A stretch of DNA of 62,711 nt from Tissierellales bacterium (GCA_030152145.1 JASLIL010000112.1:1-62711), one strand, 5' to 3'; shown: positions 9,155 through 18,283, counted from the first letter of the stretch. Numbers and translations are program-made. Notes: generated by a model not told the origin, from the sequence alone.

Positions 9155-9505
9155 ATGTCAAATTTACCAAATTGTCCTAAGTGTAATTCAAGCTACACTT
9201 ATGAGGATATGGATCTTCTAGTTTGTCCAGAATGTTTCCATGAGTGGACTCTGGAGGAACATGAAATGAAGGAGAAGAAAGCTCTAGAAGCATCTATAGT
9301 AAGAGATGCCTTTGGAAATCAGTTAAGTGATGGAGACCATATTACCATCATTAAGGACCTGAAGGTCAAGGGAGCAAGTGATCCCTTAAAGCAGGGAACC
9401 AAGGTAAAGGATATTAGACTTGTAGAGGGTGACCACAATATAGACTGTAAAATAGATGGTTTTGGACCAATGCAGCTAAAATCTGAGTTTGTAAAAAAGC
9501 TTTAG
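9155..9505 (+). CDS. yjdM: zinc-ribbon protein YjdM/PhnA family
   Basis: N-terminal CPKC...CPEC zinc ribbon. C-terminal [13 protein letters not shown]...IKDLKVKG...[33 protein letters not shown] is characteristic of PhnA/YjdM. Confidence 0.85.
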   Translation: MSNLPNCPKCNSSYTYEDMDLLVCPECFHEWTLEEHEMKEKKALEASIVRDAFGNQLSDGDHITIIKDLKVKGASDPLKQGTKVKDIRLVEGDHNIDCKIDGFGPMQLKSEFVKKL

Positions 9506-9697
9506 AATCAGCCCATTGGATTATGATATAATGAAATATATATACTACTATAAAAAATATACTTGGATTTCCAGGAAGAATTTTATTGTAATATAAAAAT
9601 TATTTATTAAAATAGTCAGAAAATAAAGTATTTTAATAAAATACTTAAAACATATCTGAAGAACATTAAGTTTTTCTCTAGAATTTTAAGAGGTTTA

Positions 9698-9706
9698 TGG
9701 TATAAT
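9698..9706 (+). promoter_or_regulatory. extended -10 promoter element (TGgTATAAT)
   Basis: TGGTATAAT lies 30 nt upstream of ATG 9736. The -35 is weak. Confidence 0.5.
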
Positions 9707-9735
9707 ACAATTATAATCCAATGGGAGGGATACAT

Positions 9736-10011
9736 ATGACGAAGGGTTTTAGGCAGATGTCAGTTTGCGTTTTTGTACTTAGTATTATTAATTTTATCAA
9801 CTGCTTTAAAGAAATGATTCTTTATGGTGTGTTGCATAATCTAGAATATGTGAAAAACCCTGAGGTTGCTGCTTCTTTAGGCTGGGGTGATGGTTGGGTT
9901 CTATTTGTAATTAGTTCAGCCCTACTTTTATTCTCATTTGCAGTAGTACTACAAAGCTTAAAGCTGGAAGCTATAGATGAGTCAGATTTTATAGATGCTG
10001 AAGAAGAGTAA
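9736..10011 (+). CDS. small two-TM membrane protein, hypothetical
   Basis: ATG 9736 after GGGAGGGA. Two hydrophobic helices and an acidic tail (DESDFIDAEEE). Confidence 0.5.
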   Translation: MTKGFRQMSVCVFVLSIINFINCFKEMILYGVLHNLEYVKNPEVAASLGWGDGWVLFVISSALLLFSFAVVLQSLKLEAIDESDFIDAEEE

Positions 10012-10015
10012 TTTA

Positions 10016-10046
10016 AAGAGCTATGGACATAGCTCTTATTTTTTTG
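10016..10046 (+). terminator. Rho-independent terminator after the small membrane ORF
   Basis: AAGAGCTAT-GGAC-ATAGCTCTT followed by ATTTTTTT. Confidence 0.75.
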
Positions 10047-10065
10047 CCCTAAGCCAGGGAAAATA

Positions 10066-10074
10066 TGATATAAT
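10066..10074 (+). promoter_or_regulatory. extended -10 promoter element (TGaTATAAT) for the DUF1576-like gene
   Basis: TGATATAAT lies 35 nt upstream of TTG 10109. Confidence 0.5.
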
Positions 10075-10108
10075 TGTAAATATTTTGACAAAAAAAGGAG
10101 ATGAGAAT

Positions 10109-11359
10109 TTGAAGAAATTAAAGGATTATATAATACTGTTATTTTTTCCAGTGTCATTTTTATTAACTGGTCTTATAATGGAAAGTCCAAGAAAGTTGGG
10201 GCTGGATCTTATAAAAATAATAGTGGAAAAAGACATACTTTTAACAGATTATCTGGAGGTTGGAGGCATAGCAGGAACCTTTATAAATGCCGGCCTAGTT
10301 AGCCTTTTTGCCATTTATCTAATCTACAAGTCGGATAAGGAAATAGATGGTATTACCATAGCCGCAGTCTACACTATAATGGGTTTTTCATTTATAGGAA
10401 AGAATATCTTAAATGTACTGCCAATCTATTTGGGAGGCTATATCTACAGCAGGTATAATGGTAGTAAGATGAAGGACTCTATAGTAGCCCTAATATTTTC
10501 TACAACCCTGGCACCTGTAGTAGGGGAGATAATATTTGGCTTTGGCTTGAATTTTAAGCTAAGCATACCCTTGGGAATACTTATGGGAGTCTTTATAGGT
10601 TTTATAGTAAGTCCCTTGGGCAATCACATGCTTAGCTTTCATAAGGGCTATAACCTATACAATATAGGTTTTACAGGAGGCATAATAGCTACAGTTATTA
10701 CCTCAGTTTTTAGGAACTTTGGCCTGGCCATGGAAACACAATACTTAATATCTCTAGATCATACTAGGTTTTTAAGTATCTACCTAGTCCTTCACTTTAT
10801 AGCTTTTATTGCCTATGGTCTAGTGAAAAATAAGGATCTAGCATCCTTTAAGAAGCTACTGGGCCATCCAGGCAGGAAGGCAGATTTTAAGGGGGAATTT
10901 GGAATCCACAATACCCTTTTAAATATGGGAATTATGGGGATTGTAGCCCTTGTATATGTATTCCTATCTGCTGGTGAAATAAGTGGACCTGTTGTAGCAG
11001 GTATTCTTACAGTAGTAGGTTTTGCAGCCAGTGGAAAACATATAAAGAATACCCTGCCAGTTCTTCTGGGTGTATATCTTACGGCCAGCCTTAATATTAT
11101 GGATATTTCCAGTCCTAGCGTTATAATGGCAGGTCTGTTTGGTACTACCCTAGCACCTATAGCAGGAGAGTATGGATTCCTGGCAGGAATGGTATGTGGC
11201 TTTCTCCACATAGGAGTAGGCTCTAATATCTTAAAGGGCCATGGTGGCCTTAATCTTTACAACAATGGTTTTTCAGGTGGAATAGTAGCAGCATTTATGC
11301 TACCTATACTGGAAACTATTAGGGCTAGAAGAAGCAGGAAGGATTTTAAGATCTTCTAG
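10109..11359 (+). CDS. polytopic membrane protein, DUF1576-like
   Basis: TTG 10109 lies 7-8 nt after AAAGGAG. The ORF-track extension back to 9995 would span a terminator and a promoter. Internally duplicated motif HKGYNLYNIGFTGGIIA / HGGLNLYNNGFSGGIVA. Confidence 0.6.
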   Translation: MKKLKDYIILLFFPVSFLLTGLIMESPRKLGLDLIKIIVEKDILLTDYLEVGGIAGTFINAGLVSLFAIYLIYKSDKEIDGITIAAVYTIMGFSFIGKNILNVLPIYLGGYIYSRYNGSKMKDSIVALIFSTTLAPVVGEIIFGFGLNFKLSIPLGILMGVFIGFIVSPLGNHMLSFHKGYNLYNIGFTGGIIATVITSVFRNFGLAMETQYLISLDHTRFLSIYLVLHFIAFIAYGLVKNKDLASFKKLLGHPGRKADFKGEFGIHNTLLNMGIMGIVALVYVFLSAGEISGPVVAGILTVVGFAASGKHIKNTLPVLLGVYLTASLNIMDISSPSVIMAGLFGTTLAPIAGEYGFLAGMVCGFLHIGVGSNILKGHGGLNLYNNGFSGGIVAAFMLPILETIRARRSRKDFKIF

Positions 11360-11369
11360 GAGGGGGATT

Positions 11370-11813
11370 ATGGATAGGTTTGAGATAGGAAGTCTAGAGA
11401 ATAAGAAAGACTTGGACAGGATAATGGAGATTTGGCTTGAGGTAAATCTAGAGGCCCATGATTTTATAGACAGGTCCTACTGGCAGGATAATTACAGCCA
11501 TGTTAGGGAGCTTATAGGACAGGCAGAGGTCTATTCTATTGGTCATAAGGAAATTTTAGGCTTTATGGGACTTGTAGATGGCTATATAGCAGGTATATTT
11601 ATAAGCAAGTCTGCAAGAGGCCAGGGCCTAGGTTCAACGCTTATTGACAGAGCCAAGAAGGACCATGAAAAGCTTAGTCTAGATGTTTATAGGAAAAACA
11701 AGCCAGCCCTTGATTTCTACTTAGCCAGGGGCTTTGTAGTTTTGGAGGAGAAATTGGATCCTGTAAATAAGCAAGTAGAATGTTTTATGACTTGGGAGAC
11801 CAGCCTTAAATAG
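11370..11813 (+). CDS. GNAT-family N-acetyltransferase
   Basis: Acetyl-CoA motif A RGQGLGSTLI. ~147 aa. SD AGGAGGGGG. Confidence 0.8.
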   Translation: MDRFEIGSLENKKDLDRIMEIWLEVNLEAHDFIDRSYWQDNYSHVRELIGQAEVYSIGHKEILGFMGLVDGYIAGIFISKSARGQGLGSTLIDRAKKDHEKLSLDVYRKNKPALDFYLARGFVVLEEKLDPVNKQVECFMTWETSLK

Positions 11814-11825
11814 GCTGGTTTTTTT
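11799..11825 (+). terminator. Rho-independent terminator
   Basis: ACCAGCC-TTAAATA-GGCTGGT followed by T6. Confidence 0.8.
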
Positions 11826-12575
11826 ATGGGAAATAAAATTAGCTTAAATTTTTATACACAACTACAAGAATTTAATAAAGTTGTGGGGAAAGTTATGCTA
11901 AGATATATATGTAGATGAGAATAGTTCTCATTAAAGAAAAGTTTGAAATTTTACAAAAGATATAGGAAAGACATAACTTTAGCTAATAGAAATGGGATTG
12001 TAATATTTACTTGGGGAGGCAGCTCTATCACTGTCTTCCCTAGGAATTTTAAAAATAGCTTTATAGGTCTTTCTAGCCTAGCTAGGGACTTTATAATATA
12101 AGTAACTTTATAAATGTAAGTGCATATCTTGTATAAACTCCTTTGGATGGATCCTGTTTTTAGGGTCAGTTTAAAAGATGGTCTAATAAAGCATTATTGC
12201 TGGCTAGGCCTATTAACCTCCCAAAAGTTATGATCTTTTAAGAACTGACTCTGGAAGAGAAGTTTTTGGATCTTCCAAAAAATACTAGTCTTATTTATCA
12301 GACTGGAGTCCCTAGCTATCAAGGACTCCAGTGGAATTTTAGAAAAAAGGCCTAGGGCCTAGGCAGAAGATTAAAAAATAGATATCCTTTACTGATTTCC
12401 GATTTTGCCAGTTTAAATCTCTAGAAAAAGCTTTAGAACTTTAGCTGGGCTTTCTTTAGAATAAAATCTAAGTTCTTCTCTTCTAATAGAATAGGAAAGT
12501 CCTACCCTTTCTCTAAGAAGTTTTAAGCTTAGCTAGTGAGATTTTTTACAAATAAGTAGGCCTTAAGTCTTTTTA

Positions 12576-12600
12576 AATTAAAAACCAGTCTTTGACTGGT
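12576..12600 (-). terminator. Rho-independent terminator of the AraC-family gene
   Basis: On the minus strand, ACCAGTC-AAA-GACTGGT followed by TTTTTAATTT. Confidence 0.7.
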
Positions 12601-12624
12601 CTTTAATTTTTTATAGAATAAGTT

Positions 12625-13290
12625 TTAAAAGCCTTCTTTAGAAAGTCTACGGAACTCTTTTGGGGTCATTCCTTCAATTTTTTTAAAGACATTGGAAAAA
12701 TAGGACTGGCTATTAAATCCGCAGTCTAGGGCAATATCCATAACTGTATCACTAGTGTTATTAAGTAGGTTTTTGGCCCTATCTATCCTGGCCTTAACAA
12801 CATATTGGGAAAAGGTCATATCCATACACTTAGTAAAGAGATGGGAAAGGTAGGTACTGCTGACAAAGACACTTTGAGCTACTTCATCTAGGCTGATCTC
12901 CCTATCTAGATTATTCTGTATATAGTCTATAGCCTTATTTATATTAGGGTTTCTTGTGAGAGTATTCTTATTTCCAATCTTATCTATGTAAAAGCTAATC
13001 ATCTGTCTAGCCAGTAGATTTAATTTTTCCACACTGGTCTGGGCCTCTATCTTCTTGTTAAATTGTAGCCTAATATCATAAAGCATTTTTTTACATACAG
13101 GCTTGTTGTAGTAGTTTCTAGATATAATTGCATTTAAGCCAAGAATAAAGGTCTTACTAGTCCTAAGACAAGGCTGGGCCAGGGGACAGTTGTGGCTAAG
13201 TTTTTTAAACATCTTATCATAGGCCGCCAAGGCATTTTCCTCATCCTGTATGTTCATATATTCTATTAATTTATTTTCCGTATATAGCAT
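12625..13290 (-). CDS. AraC-family transcriptional regulator
   Basis: C-terminal double HTH (VAQSVFVSSTYLSHLFTK ... IALDCGFNSQSYFSNVFKKIEGMTPKEFR). Confidence 0.85.
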   Translation of the reverse strand: MLYTENKLIEYMNIQDEENALAAYDKMFKKLSHNCPLAQPCLRTSKTFILGLNAIISRNYYNKPVCKKMLYDIRLQFNKKIEAQTSVEKLNLLARQMISFYIDKIGNKNTLTRNPNINKAIDYIQNNLDREISLDEVAQSVFVSSTYLSHLFTKCMDMTFSQYVVKARIDRAKNLLNNTSDTVMDIALDCGFNSQSYFSNVFKKIEGMTPKEFRRLSKEGF

Positions 13291-13428
13291 ATTTTACACC
13301 TCCAAGGGACATTGATAGTCATTATTAATTATATCATATCAATAAATTCTTCCAAATAAAAGAATAGCTTTAGATTGTAAACTTGGTTTTAAGGGTATAA
13401 ATAAAGAAATGATAATAGGGAGGATATT

Positions 13429-13773
13429 ATGAGTAAAACTAAAGCTAAAATAGAGATGAGTATCTTTGAAGAACCAGAGAAAACCTTTAATAGATTTTAT
13501 ACTAGTAAAAATAATTTCCTTTTGATTATATCTATTTTATTGGTTTTTTTACTAATATTTACTATGGAAGTTTCATTTAGAACTAAGGGAATTTCCCTTA
13601 AAGAAGGCTATAAGAGCTTGATTTTCTTTTTGCCTAATATTTTACTGATAGGCCTGGGACTTTTATATGAGCTTAGGAAGAATAAAAGATCTAGGGGGCT
13701 TTCAGTTTTTTACAAGCTGTCTATAGTTCTAAGTCTTATTTTGGATCTTAGCCTATACCTATATTTAAAGTAA
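13429..13773 (+). CDS. small membrane protein, hypothetical
   Basis: SD AGGGAGGA. Three hydrophobic segments. Divergent from the AraC-family gene. Confidence 0.5.
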   Translation: MSKTKAKIEMSIFEEPEKTFNRFYTSKNNFLLIISILLVFLLIFTMEVSFRTKGISLKEGYKSLIFFLPNILLIGLGLLYELRKNKRSRGLSVFYKLSIVLSLILDLSLYLYLK

Positions 13774-13807
13774 AAATCTTCTATATTAAGCTGTAGAAGA
13801 TTTTTTT
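13774..13807. terminator. bidirectional terminator between convergent genes
   Basis: AAATCTTCTA / TAGAAGATTT 10-bp stem flanked by an A-run and a T-run. Confidence 0.75.
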
Positions 13808-13811
13808 AAGC

Positions 13812-15170
13812 TTACTTTAAGATCTTTTTGATTAAGCCAAGCTTAGACTTATAGGGAGGGTATCTAAGGGGAAGATCTATTAGGTTGGATTTAACTAGGA
13901 TGCTTTTTTCATGGCTAAAGCAGTCAAAGCTTTTTTTACCATGGTAGCTGCCCATACCGCTCTGGCCTACTCCACCAAAGGGAAGCTCTGGATTGGTTAG
14001 GTGCATAAGGCTATCATTTACACAGCCTCCACCATAGGAAATACTAGTTACCACCTTCCTATAGAAGTTTTTATTTTTAGAAAATACATAAAGAGCCAGA
14101 GGTTTTTCCCTGGAATTTACAAAGTCTATGGCCTGGTCCAAATTTTCATAGCTTAGGACAGGCAGGATAGGTCCAAATATTTCCTCTGTCATAAGTCTGG
14201 ACTCAGGATCTGGATTTAGGACCAGGGTTGGGTAGATAGTATTTTTATCCACACTATACTGGCCTCCAAAGACTATATCCACAGATTCCAAGTAGGAAAG
14301 CAGTCTCTTAAAGTGTTGGGTGTTGATAACTTTAGGATAGGAGTCTAGGTCAGCAAGAATCATCTTATCCACATTCTCCTCTAGCTTTTCTAAAAAAGGC
14401 TTTTCTATAGCCTTATCCACAAGTAGATAGTCTGGGGCAACACAGGTTTGTCCAGCATTTGTAAACTTACCAAAAACTATTCTTCTTGCAGCCAGGTCAA
14501 GATCCACATCCCTATCCACTATACAAGGGGACTTTCCACCAAGCTCAAGAGTAACAGGACAAAGATGTCTGCTGGCAGCCTCCATAACTTTTTTACCAAT
14601 CTCTATTCCACCTGTATAGAAAATATGGTCAAAGCTATAGCTTAAAAGGTCTGATGAAGCTCCAGAAGTATTGACTAGGGCAATATAGTCTTCTGGAAAA
14701 TTTTCACTAATTAATTTTTCTAGGGCCTTGCTGGTCTGCCTTGACTTGCTGGAAGGTTTTAGGATAGCTGTATTTCCAGCAGCTATAGCTCCAACCAGGG
14801 GGCTAAGACAGAGAAATACAGGGTAGTTCCAGGGAGATATAATAAGAACATTTCCCAGGGCCTCTTTTAGAATATAGGACTTGGACTTAAAGTTTATTAT
14901 ATTGGTCCCTACTCTTTTGGGCTTGGCCCAGGATCTTAGGTGTTTTATGCTGTAGTTTATTTCCTCTATAACCAGGCCTATTTCAGTAGAATAGCTTTCA
15001 AAATTCGACTTGTTAAGGTCTTTTTTTAGGCCTGTCATAAGTTCTTCTTCATTTTCAAAAATGGCTTTTTTAAGTGTCCTTAGGGCATCTAGCCTAAAAT
15101 CTAGATCTTGACACTGGCCAGTCTTAAAGTAGTTTCTTTGGGCTTTGATTAAAGTTTCCAGGTCTTTCAA
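13812..15170 (-). CDS. NAD(P)+-dependent aldehyde dehydrogenase (class-3-like)
   Basis: ELGGKSP, catalytic-Cys region NAGQTCVAPDY, FGGVGQSGMGSYHGK. I prefer TTG 15170, 5 nt after GAGGTGA. The track's GTG 15179 lies inside the SD. Confidence 0.85.
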   Translation of the reverse strand: MKDLETLIKAQRNYFKTGQCQDLDFRLDALRTLKKAIFENEEELMTGLKKDLNKSNFESYSTEIGLVIEEINYSIKHLRSWAKPKRVGTNIINFKSKSYILKEALGNVLIISPWNYPVFLCLSPLVGAIAAGNTAILKPSSKSRQTSKALEKLISENFPEDYIALVNTSGASSDLLSYSFDHIFYTGGIEIGKKVMEAASRHLCPVTLELGGKSPCIVDRDVDLDLAARRIVFGKFTNAGQTCVAPDYLLVDKAIEKPFLEKLEENVDKMILADLDSYPKVINTQHFKRLLSYLESVDIVFGGQYSVDKNTIYPTLVLNPDPESRLMTEEIFGPILPVLSYENLDQAIDFVNSREKPLALYVFSKNKNFYRKVVTSISYGGGCVNDSLMHLTNPELPFGGVGQSGMGSYHGKKSFDCFSHEKSILVKSNLIDLPLRYPPYKSKLGLIKKILK

Positions 15171-15259
15171 AACTATCACCTCTTATTAAAAAAATTGACT
15201 TGTCTTAGCTAGATTATACCATGAGCCTATTTTAAAGGAAAATCCTCCCTTTCACTGGT

Positions 15260-15288
15260 TTGACACATCTATTAATCAAACATATAAT
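15260..15288 (+). promoter_or_regulatory. consensus sigma-A promoter of the thi operon
   Basis: TTGACA (15260-15265), exactly 17 nt, TATAAT (15283-15288). Confidence 0.8.
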
Positions 15289-15302
15289 CAAGGTAGAAGT
15301 AA

Positions 15303-15385
15303 ATATATGGGAGCTTAATTATAGCTGAGAGGAACCTAGGGTTCGACCATTGACCTGATTTGGATAATGCCAACGGAGGAAACCT
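15303..15385 (+). promoter_or_regulatory. TPP (THI-box) riboswitch aptamer
   Basis: Contains the THI-box core: GGGAGC...AGCTGAGA...ACCTGATTTGGATAATGCCAACGGAGGAA. Sits directly upstream of thiM-thiE-thiD. Confidence 0.9.
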
Positions 15386-15409
15386 AGCTTGCCTTGGCAG
15401 GCTTTTTTT
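15386..15409 (+). terminator. riboswitch expression-platform terminator
   Basis: AGCTTGCC / GGCAGGCT stem (one G-U pair) followed by T7. Confidence 0.75.
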
Positions 15410-15427
15410 ATTTTAAGGAGGATTAAA

Positions 15428-16234
15428 TTGGAGGAAATTTTAGGAAAAATTAGAAGGGAAAGTCCCTTAATTCATTGTATAAGTAACTATGTCACCAGTA
15501 ATGATATGGCCAATGTGATCTTGGCTACAGGTGCCAGTCCTATAATGGCAGATGAACTGGAGGAGGTAGAGGAGATAGTAGGCCTATCTAGGGCCCTGCT
15601 TTTAAATATTGGAACTATAAATAAGGACAAGCTTCAGTCTATGTTAAGGGCTGGTAAAAAGGCTAGGGAGCTGGGAATTCCAGTGGTTTTTGATCCAGTA
15701 GGAGTAGGGGCCTCTTCCTTTAGGCAGCAGGCAGCAGAAAGGATTTTAGATGAGACTGGACCAGACCTTATAAAGGGAAATATATCTGAAATTAAGTTTT
15801 TGTATCAGAAGACTGGAGAGCAGTTGGGAGTTGATTCAGAAAGCTTTAAGGAGGATTCCCTAGATGACTATATAAAAATAGTTAAGTCTCTGGCAAAAAC
15901 CTATGATTGTCTGGTTTTGATGACAGGGGAAGTGGATCTGGCAACAGATGGAGATAGGCTGGCCCTTATAAGGACAGGAAATCCTCTGATGACAAGAATT
16001 ACCGGTAGTGGCTGTATGCTGGGAGGAGTTTTGGCTAGTTTTTTAGCAGTTGAAAAAAGTCTGGATGCCCTGGTTTTAGGCTCTAGCTTCTTTACTATTG
16101 CAGGGGACAGGGCCTTGGAATACATAGGGACTAGATCCCTGGGTTTTGGAAGTTTTAGGACTAGTTTGATAGATGAAATTTCAAGGATAGACTATAAAAA
16201 TATGGAGGGAGATTTTAAGATTGAAATTTTCTAG
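15428..16234 (+). CDS. thiM: hydroxyethylthiazole kinase
   Basis: TTG 15428 after AAGGAGG. PLIHCISNYVT, VFDPVGVGAS and TGSGCMLGG are typical of ThiM. Confidence 0.9.
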   Translation: MEEILGKIRRESPLIHCISNYVTSNDMANVILATGASPIMADELEEVEEIVGLSRALLLNIGTINKDKLQSMLRAGKKARELGIPVVFDPVGVGASSFRQQAAERILDETGPDLIKGNISEIKFLYQKTGEQLGVDSESFKEDSLDDYIKIVKSLAKTYDCLVLMTGEVDLATDGDRLALIRTGNPLMTRITGSGCMLGGVLASFLAVEKSLDALVLGSSFFTIAGDRALEYIGTRSLGFGSFRTSLIDEISRIDYKNMEGDFKIEIF

Positions 16235-16874
16235 GGAGACATTAAAGCTTTACCTGGTTACAGATAGAAGATGGCTGGGGTCTAGGGATTTTGTGGAAAC
16301 TGTGGAGGAGGCCATAGATAATGGAGTTACCCTTGTCCAGTTAAGGGAAAAAAATCTAGACTATGGGGAATTTTTAGAATTGGCCAAGGACCTAAAGGAA
16401 GTTTGTCAGAAACATGGGGTGCCTTTTCTTATAAATGATAATATTAAGGTCGCCAAAGAGGTAGATGCTGATGGCTTACATATAGGCCAAGGGGATATGG
16501 CCCTGGAAGAGGCTAGGCAAATTTTGGGGGAAGATAAGATTATAGGTCTTTCCTGTGGCAACTTAGAGGAGGCTAGAAAGGCTAAAAGGGATGGGGCAGA
16601 CTATATAGGAGTTGGGTCTGTATTTAGCACAGGTTCAAAAAAAGATGCTAAGAATATAGGCCTAGAGGGGCTGGAAGAAATAGCTAGGGAGGTAGACCTT
16701 CCTATAGTAGCTATTGGTGGTATAAATAAGGATAATATTTTAGAGCTGGCAGCCTTTGATATAGATGGGGTAGCCCTTATTTCAGCTATTTTGAAGGAGG
16801 ATAATATAGCTGGGGCAACAAGTAACTTGGCCAAGCTTTCAGAGGAGGCTTTTTATGGAGGGGGCAATATTTGA
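16221..16874 (+). CDS. thiE: thiamine-phosphate synthase
   Basis: LYLVTDRR, VQLREK, IGLSCGN and AIGGI motifs. TTG start overlaps the end of thiM. Confidence 0.9.
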   Translation: MKFSRETLKLYLVTDRRWLGSRDFVETVEEAIDNGVTLVQLREKNLDYGEFLELAKDLKEVCQKHGVPFLINDNIKVAKEVDADGLHIGQGDMALEEARQILGEDKIIGLSCGNLEEARKAKRDGADYIGVGSVFSTGSKKDAKNIGLEGLEEIAREVDLPIVAIGGINKDNILELAAFDIDGVALISAILKEDNIAGATSNLAKLSEEAFYGGGNI

Positions 16875-17532
16875 TTTAGACGGGACCCTGATAGATTCTC
16901 TCTATGTTTGGGATATACTGGCCTACAACTACCTTAGGTCCCTAGGCTATAGTCCAGCCAGGGATCTGGTAAGGGATTTTCAGCATATGAACTTAGAAGA
17001 ATCCAGTGACTATATGATAGAGAAGTTTAAGATTCCCATGTCAAGATCAGACTTTATAAGGGGGATGGAGGAGCTTCTAGCCTATTACTATAGTCAGGTT
17101 TTTAAGGAGAAAAGAGGGGCCGTAGCCTATGTTAAGAAGCTTTACAATCAGGGAGTTAAGCTTTGTATAGCTACAAGTAGCCAGAAAAACTTAGCCCTTA
17201 TGGTCCTAGAAAGACTTGGAATTCTCCACTGCTTTGACTTTATACAGACAGAGTCTGACTGTCTTTTAAGTAAGAGGGAGGAGGATTTTTTTAAGCTGGC
17301 CTTAGAGAGACTAGGAACTGATTTAAAGAGGACTTGGATTTATGAGGACTCCTACTACTCTATGATTTGCGGAAAGGCCTTAGGCTGTAAAATAGTTGGG
17401 ATTAGAGATGAATACCAGTTGGAGGACTGGGATAAGATAGAGGATTTAGTTGATATCTTTGTAGATGACTATATTGAATTGGAGGAGATCTTAAATGAAG
17501 AAAGTTTTGACTATAGCAGGTTCAGATTCTAG
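16855..17532 (+). CDS. HAD-superfamily hydrolase embedded in the thi operon
   Basis: HAD motif I FDLDGTLIDS, motif II ATSS. Overlaps thiE by 20 nt and thiD by 38 nt. Confidence 0.8.
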   Translation: MEGAIFDLDGTLIDSLYVWDILAYNYLRSLGYSPARDLVRDFQHMNLEESSDYMIEKFKIPMSRSDFIRGMEELLAYYYSQVFKEKRGAVAYVKKLYNQGVKLCIATSSQKNLALMVLERLGILHCFDFIQTESDCLLSKREEDFFKLALERLGTDLKRTWIYEDSYYSMICGKALGCKIVGIRDEYQLEDWDKIEDLVDIFVDDYIELEEILNEESFDYSRFRF

Positions 17533-18283
17533 TGGTGGTGCAGGAATCCAGGCAGACCTAAAGACCATCCAGGCCAATGGAGCCTATGGAATGAGTGTTA
17601 TTACTGCCTTGACTGCCCAGAATACCAAGGGGGTTAGGGGAGTTTTTAATAGTAGTCCGGAATTTGTAGGCCTCCAAATGGATGCGGTTTTTGAGGATAT
17701 ATTTCCAGATGCAGTTAAGATAGGTATGGTTTCAGAGGAGGCTATAATACTTGAGATAGTCAAGAAGCTAAGGGAGTATGGGGCTGGAAATATAGTTGTT
17801 GACCCAGTTATGGTGTCTACCAGTGGCTCCAAGCTTATGGATGATAGTGCCAGCAAGGTACTTATAAGGGAACTACTACCTCTTGCCAGTCTTATAACAC
17901 CAAATATGAGTGAGGCTGAAGTATTAAGTGGTATAGCTGTTAGGGACAGGGAGAGTATGCTGGATGCTGGTAGGATCATAGCCCAATATTTAGATGGGGC
18001 TGTTTTAATTAAGGGAGGCCATCTGGAGGATAGGGCTGATGATCTGCTTTTAATAGATAGGGAGCCAATTTGGCTGGAGGCTGGTAGATTGGATAACCCT
18101 AATACCCATGGAACTGGATGTACTCTTTCATCAGCTATAGCTACTAACCTAGCCAAGGGAGATGGAATCTACGATGCAGTTCTTAAGGCCAAGGCCTATA
18201 TTAGTGGTGCCATAGAAGATGGCCTGGACCTAGGCTATGGTAGAGGTCCTTTAAACCATAGCTATAATCTTAAGTTTAAGTAA
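17495..18283 (+). CDS. thiD: hydroxymethylpyrimidine/phosphomethylpyrimidine kinase
   Basis: VLTIAGSDSSGGAGIQADLKT and HGTGCTLSSAIA motifs. Confidence 0.9.
   Translation: MKKVLTIAGSDSSGGAGIQADLKTIQANGAYGMSVITALTAQNTKGVRGVFNSSPEFVGLQMDAVFEDIFPDAVKIGMVSEEAIILEIVKKLREYGAGNIVVDPVMVSTSGSKLMDDSASKVLIRELLPLASLITPNMSEAEVLSGIAVRDRESMLDAGRIIAQYLDGAVLIKGGHLEDRADDLLLIDREPIWLEAGRLDNPNTHGTGCTLSSAIATNLAKGDGIYDAVLKAKAYISGAIEDGLDLGYGRGPLNHSYNLKFK

Noticed and set aside
9995-10108. ORF-track 5' extension of the DUF1576-like gene.
   Set aside because: The extension spans a strong terminator (10016-10046) and an extended -10 element (10066-10074). TTG 10109 has a proper SD.
15389-15427. ORF-track start of thiM at 15389 (MPWQAFFILRRIK...).
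   Set aside because: These codons cover the riboswitch terminator stem and its T-run. TTG 15428 follows AAGGAGG and gives a normal ThiM N-terminus.
17584-18156. 190-aa ORF antisense to thiD. It stands for the many antisense ORFs in the track, e.g. 1735-1947, 4048-4329, 4461-4724, 5526-5768, 10813-11211, 16601-16834, 22071-22403, 28012-28386, 38556-38825, 41061-41462, 47885-48316 and 54368-54571.
   Set aside because: Each lies inside a longer opposite-strand ORF with clear family motifs. Each lacks a Shine-Dalgarno and translates to low-complexity S/L/I/P-rich sequence typical of the antisense frame of AT-rich genes.
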